64,000 bases of DNA from Chrysomallon squamiferum (lineage: Eukaryota; Animalia; Mollusca), in NCBI GenBank assembly GCA_012295275.1, contig CM022665.1, positions 15,190,001 through 15,254,000 of the forward strand, in the 5' to 3' direction. Positions within the stretch are counted from its first letter, which is position 1. The number at the start of each line of letters is the position of its first letter. Position numbers and translations under genes: made by a program. The notes under the pieces were generated by a model, which did no database searches, had not been told where the DNA came from, and saw only the letters and a program-made list of their open reading frames with translations. Positions 63,901 to 64,000 of the stretch are shown here, in pieces.

Positions 63901-64000
63901 TTCTGGATCATAGATATTTAGTAAGAACTACAGATTTTGTTTAAACACTTACCATATCAAAGGAACCACAGAAACAAACACTAAAATGTGACATGGCACA
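52000..64000 (-). CDS. Large multi-pass membrane protein, NO EXINE FORMATION 1 (NEF1)-like; 3' 17 exons (~840 aa), 5' end beyond the window
   Basis: Phase-consistent exons >=64000-63953, 63649-63532, 63062-62947, 61516-61318, 60335-60257, 59607-59432, 59162-59086, 58765-58623, 57793-57697, 57318-57111, 56831-56717, 56131-55984, 55532-55388, 54785-54652, 54187-54031, 53276-53136, 52428-52000 (TGA). Open and highly hydrophobic throughout. Ordered motifs GWALLQF...E.FLF, VPSISSFR, RL...KISTRAV, IP....H, ILFCLQND..LF, FTVPLN resemble Arabidopsis NEF1 as I recall it. The gene model is firmer than the family name. Confidence 0.75.
53382..53673. mobile_element. Second, more decayed copy of the Tigger-derived MITE
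   Basis: TA-CAGGCTGAAGATCCCTTATATGAAACTCTGAAATC...GAATTCTTGGATAAAGGATA, colinear with 20607-20896; right TIR truncated. Confidence 0.7.
58766..59085 (-). other. U12-type (minor spliceosome) GT-AG intron
   Basis: 5' end GTATCCTTTG; branch-like TTCCTTATC (58783-58775) ending 9 nt before the 3' junction; no polypyrimidine tract. Splicing restores the frame (WQLE|YYLLDNIH). Confidence 0.8.

Overview
AT-rich, intron-dense nuclear DNA of an invertebrate animal (lophotrochozoan/mollusc-like by inference), not a prokaryote, so most ORF-track entries are noise or exon fragments. I reconstructed five spliced genes by hand with phase checks: (1) the 5' four exons of a TMTC1-like protein O-mannosyltransferase (minus, runs off the left edge); (2) a small ankyrin-repeat gene (plus, head-to-head with TMTC1); (3) complete RPL10A/uL1 (minus); (4) complete 33-exon USP47 (plus, head-to-head with RPL10A); (5) the 3' 17 exons of a large polytopic membrane protein resembling plant NO EXINE FORMATION 1 (minus, runs off the right edge). 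Highlights: three SNORD45-like C/D snoRNA copies in one RPL10A intron, two predicted to target different 18S nucleotides; a structured candidate uL1 autoregulatory (AS-NMD) element in RPL10A intron 2; a U12-type intron in the NEF1-like gene that overlaps an in-frame U2 splicing route; and apparent +1 frameshifts at the same AGT-T context in two different genes. Tigger/pogo elements, MITEs, a probable LTR relic and many degenerate tandem repeats occupy the introns. All homology calls rest on recalled motifs, not database searches.
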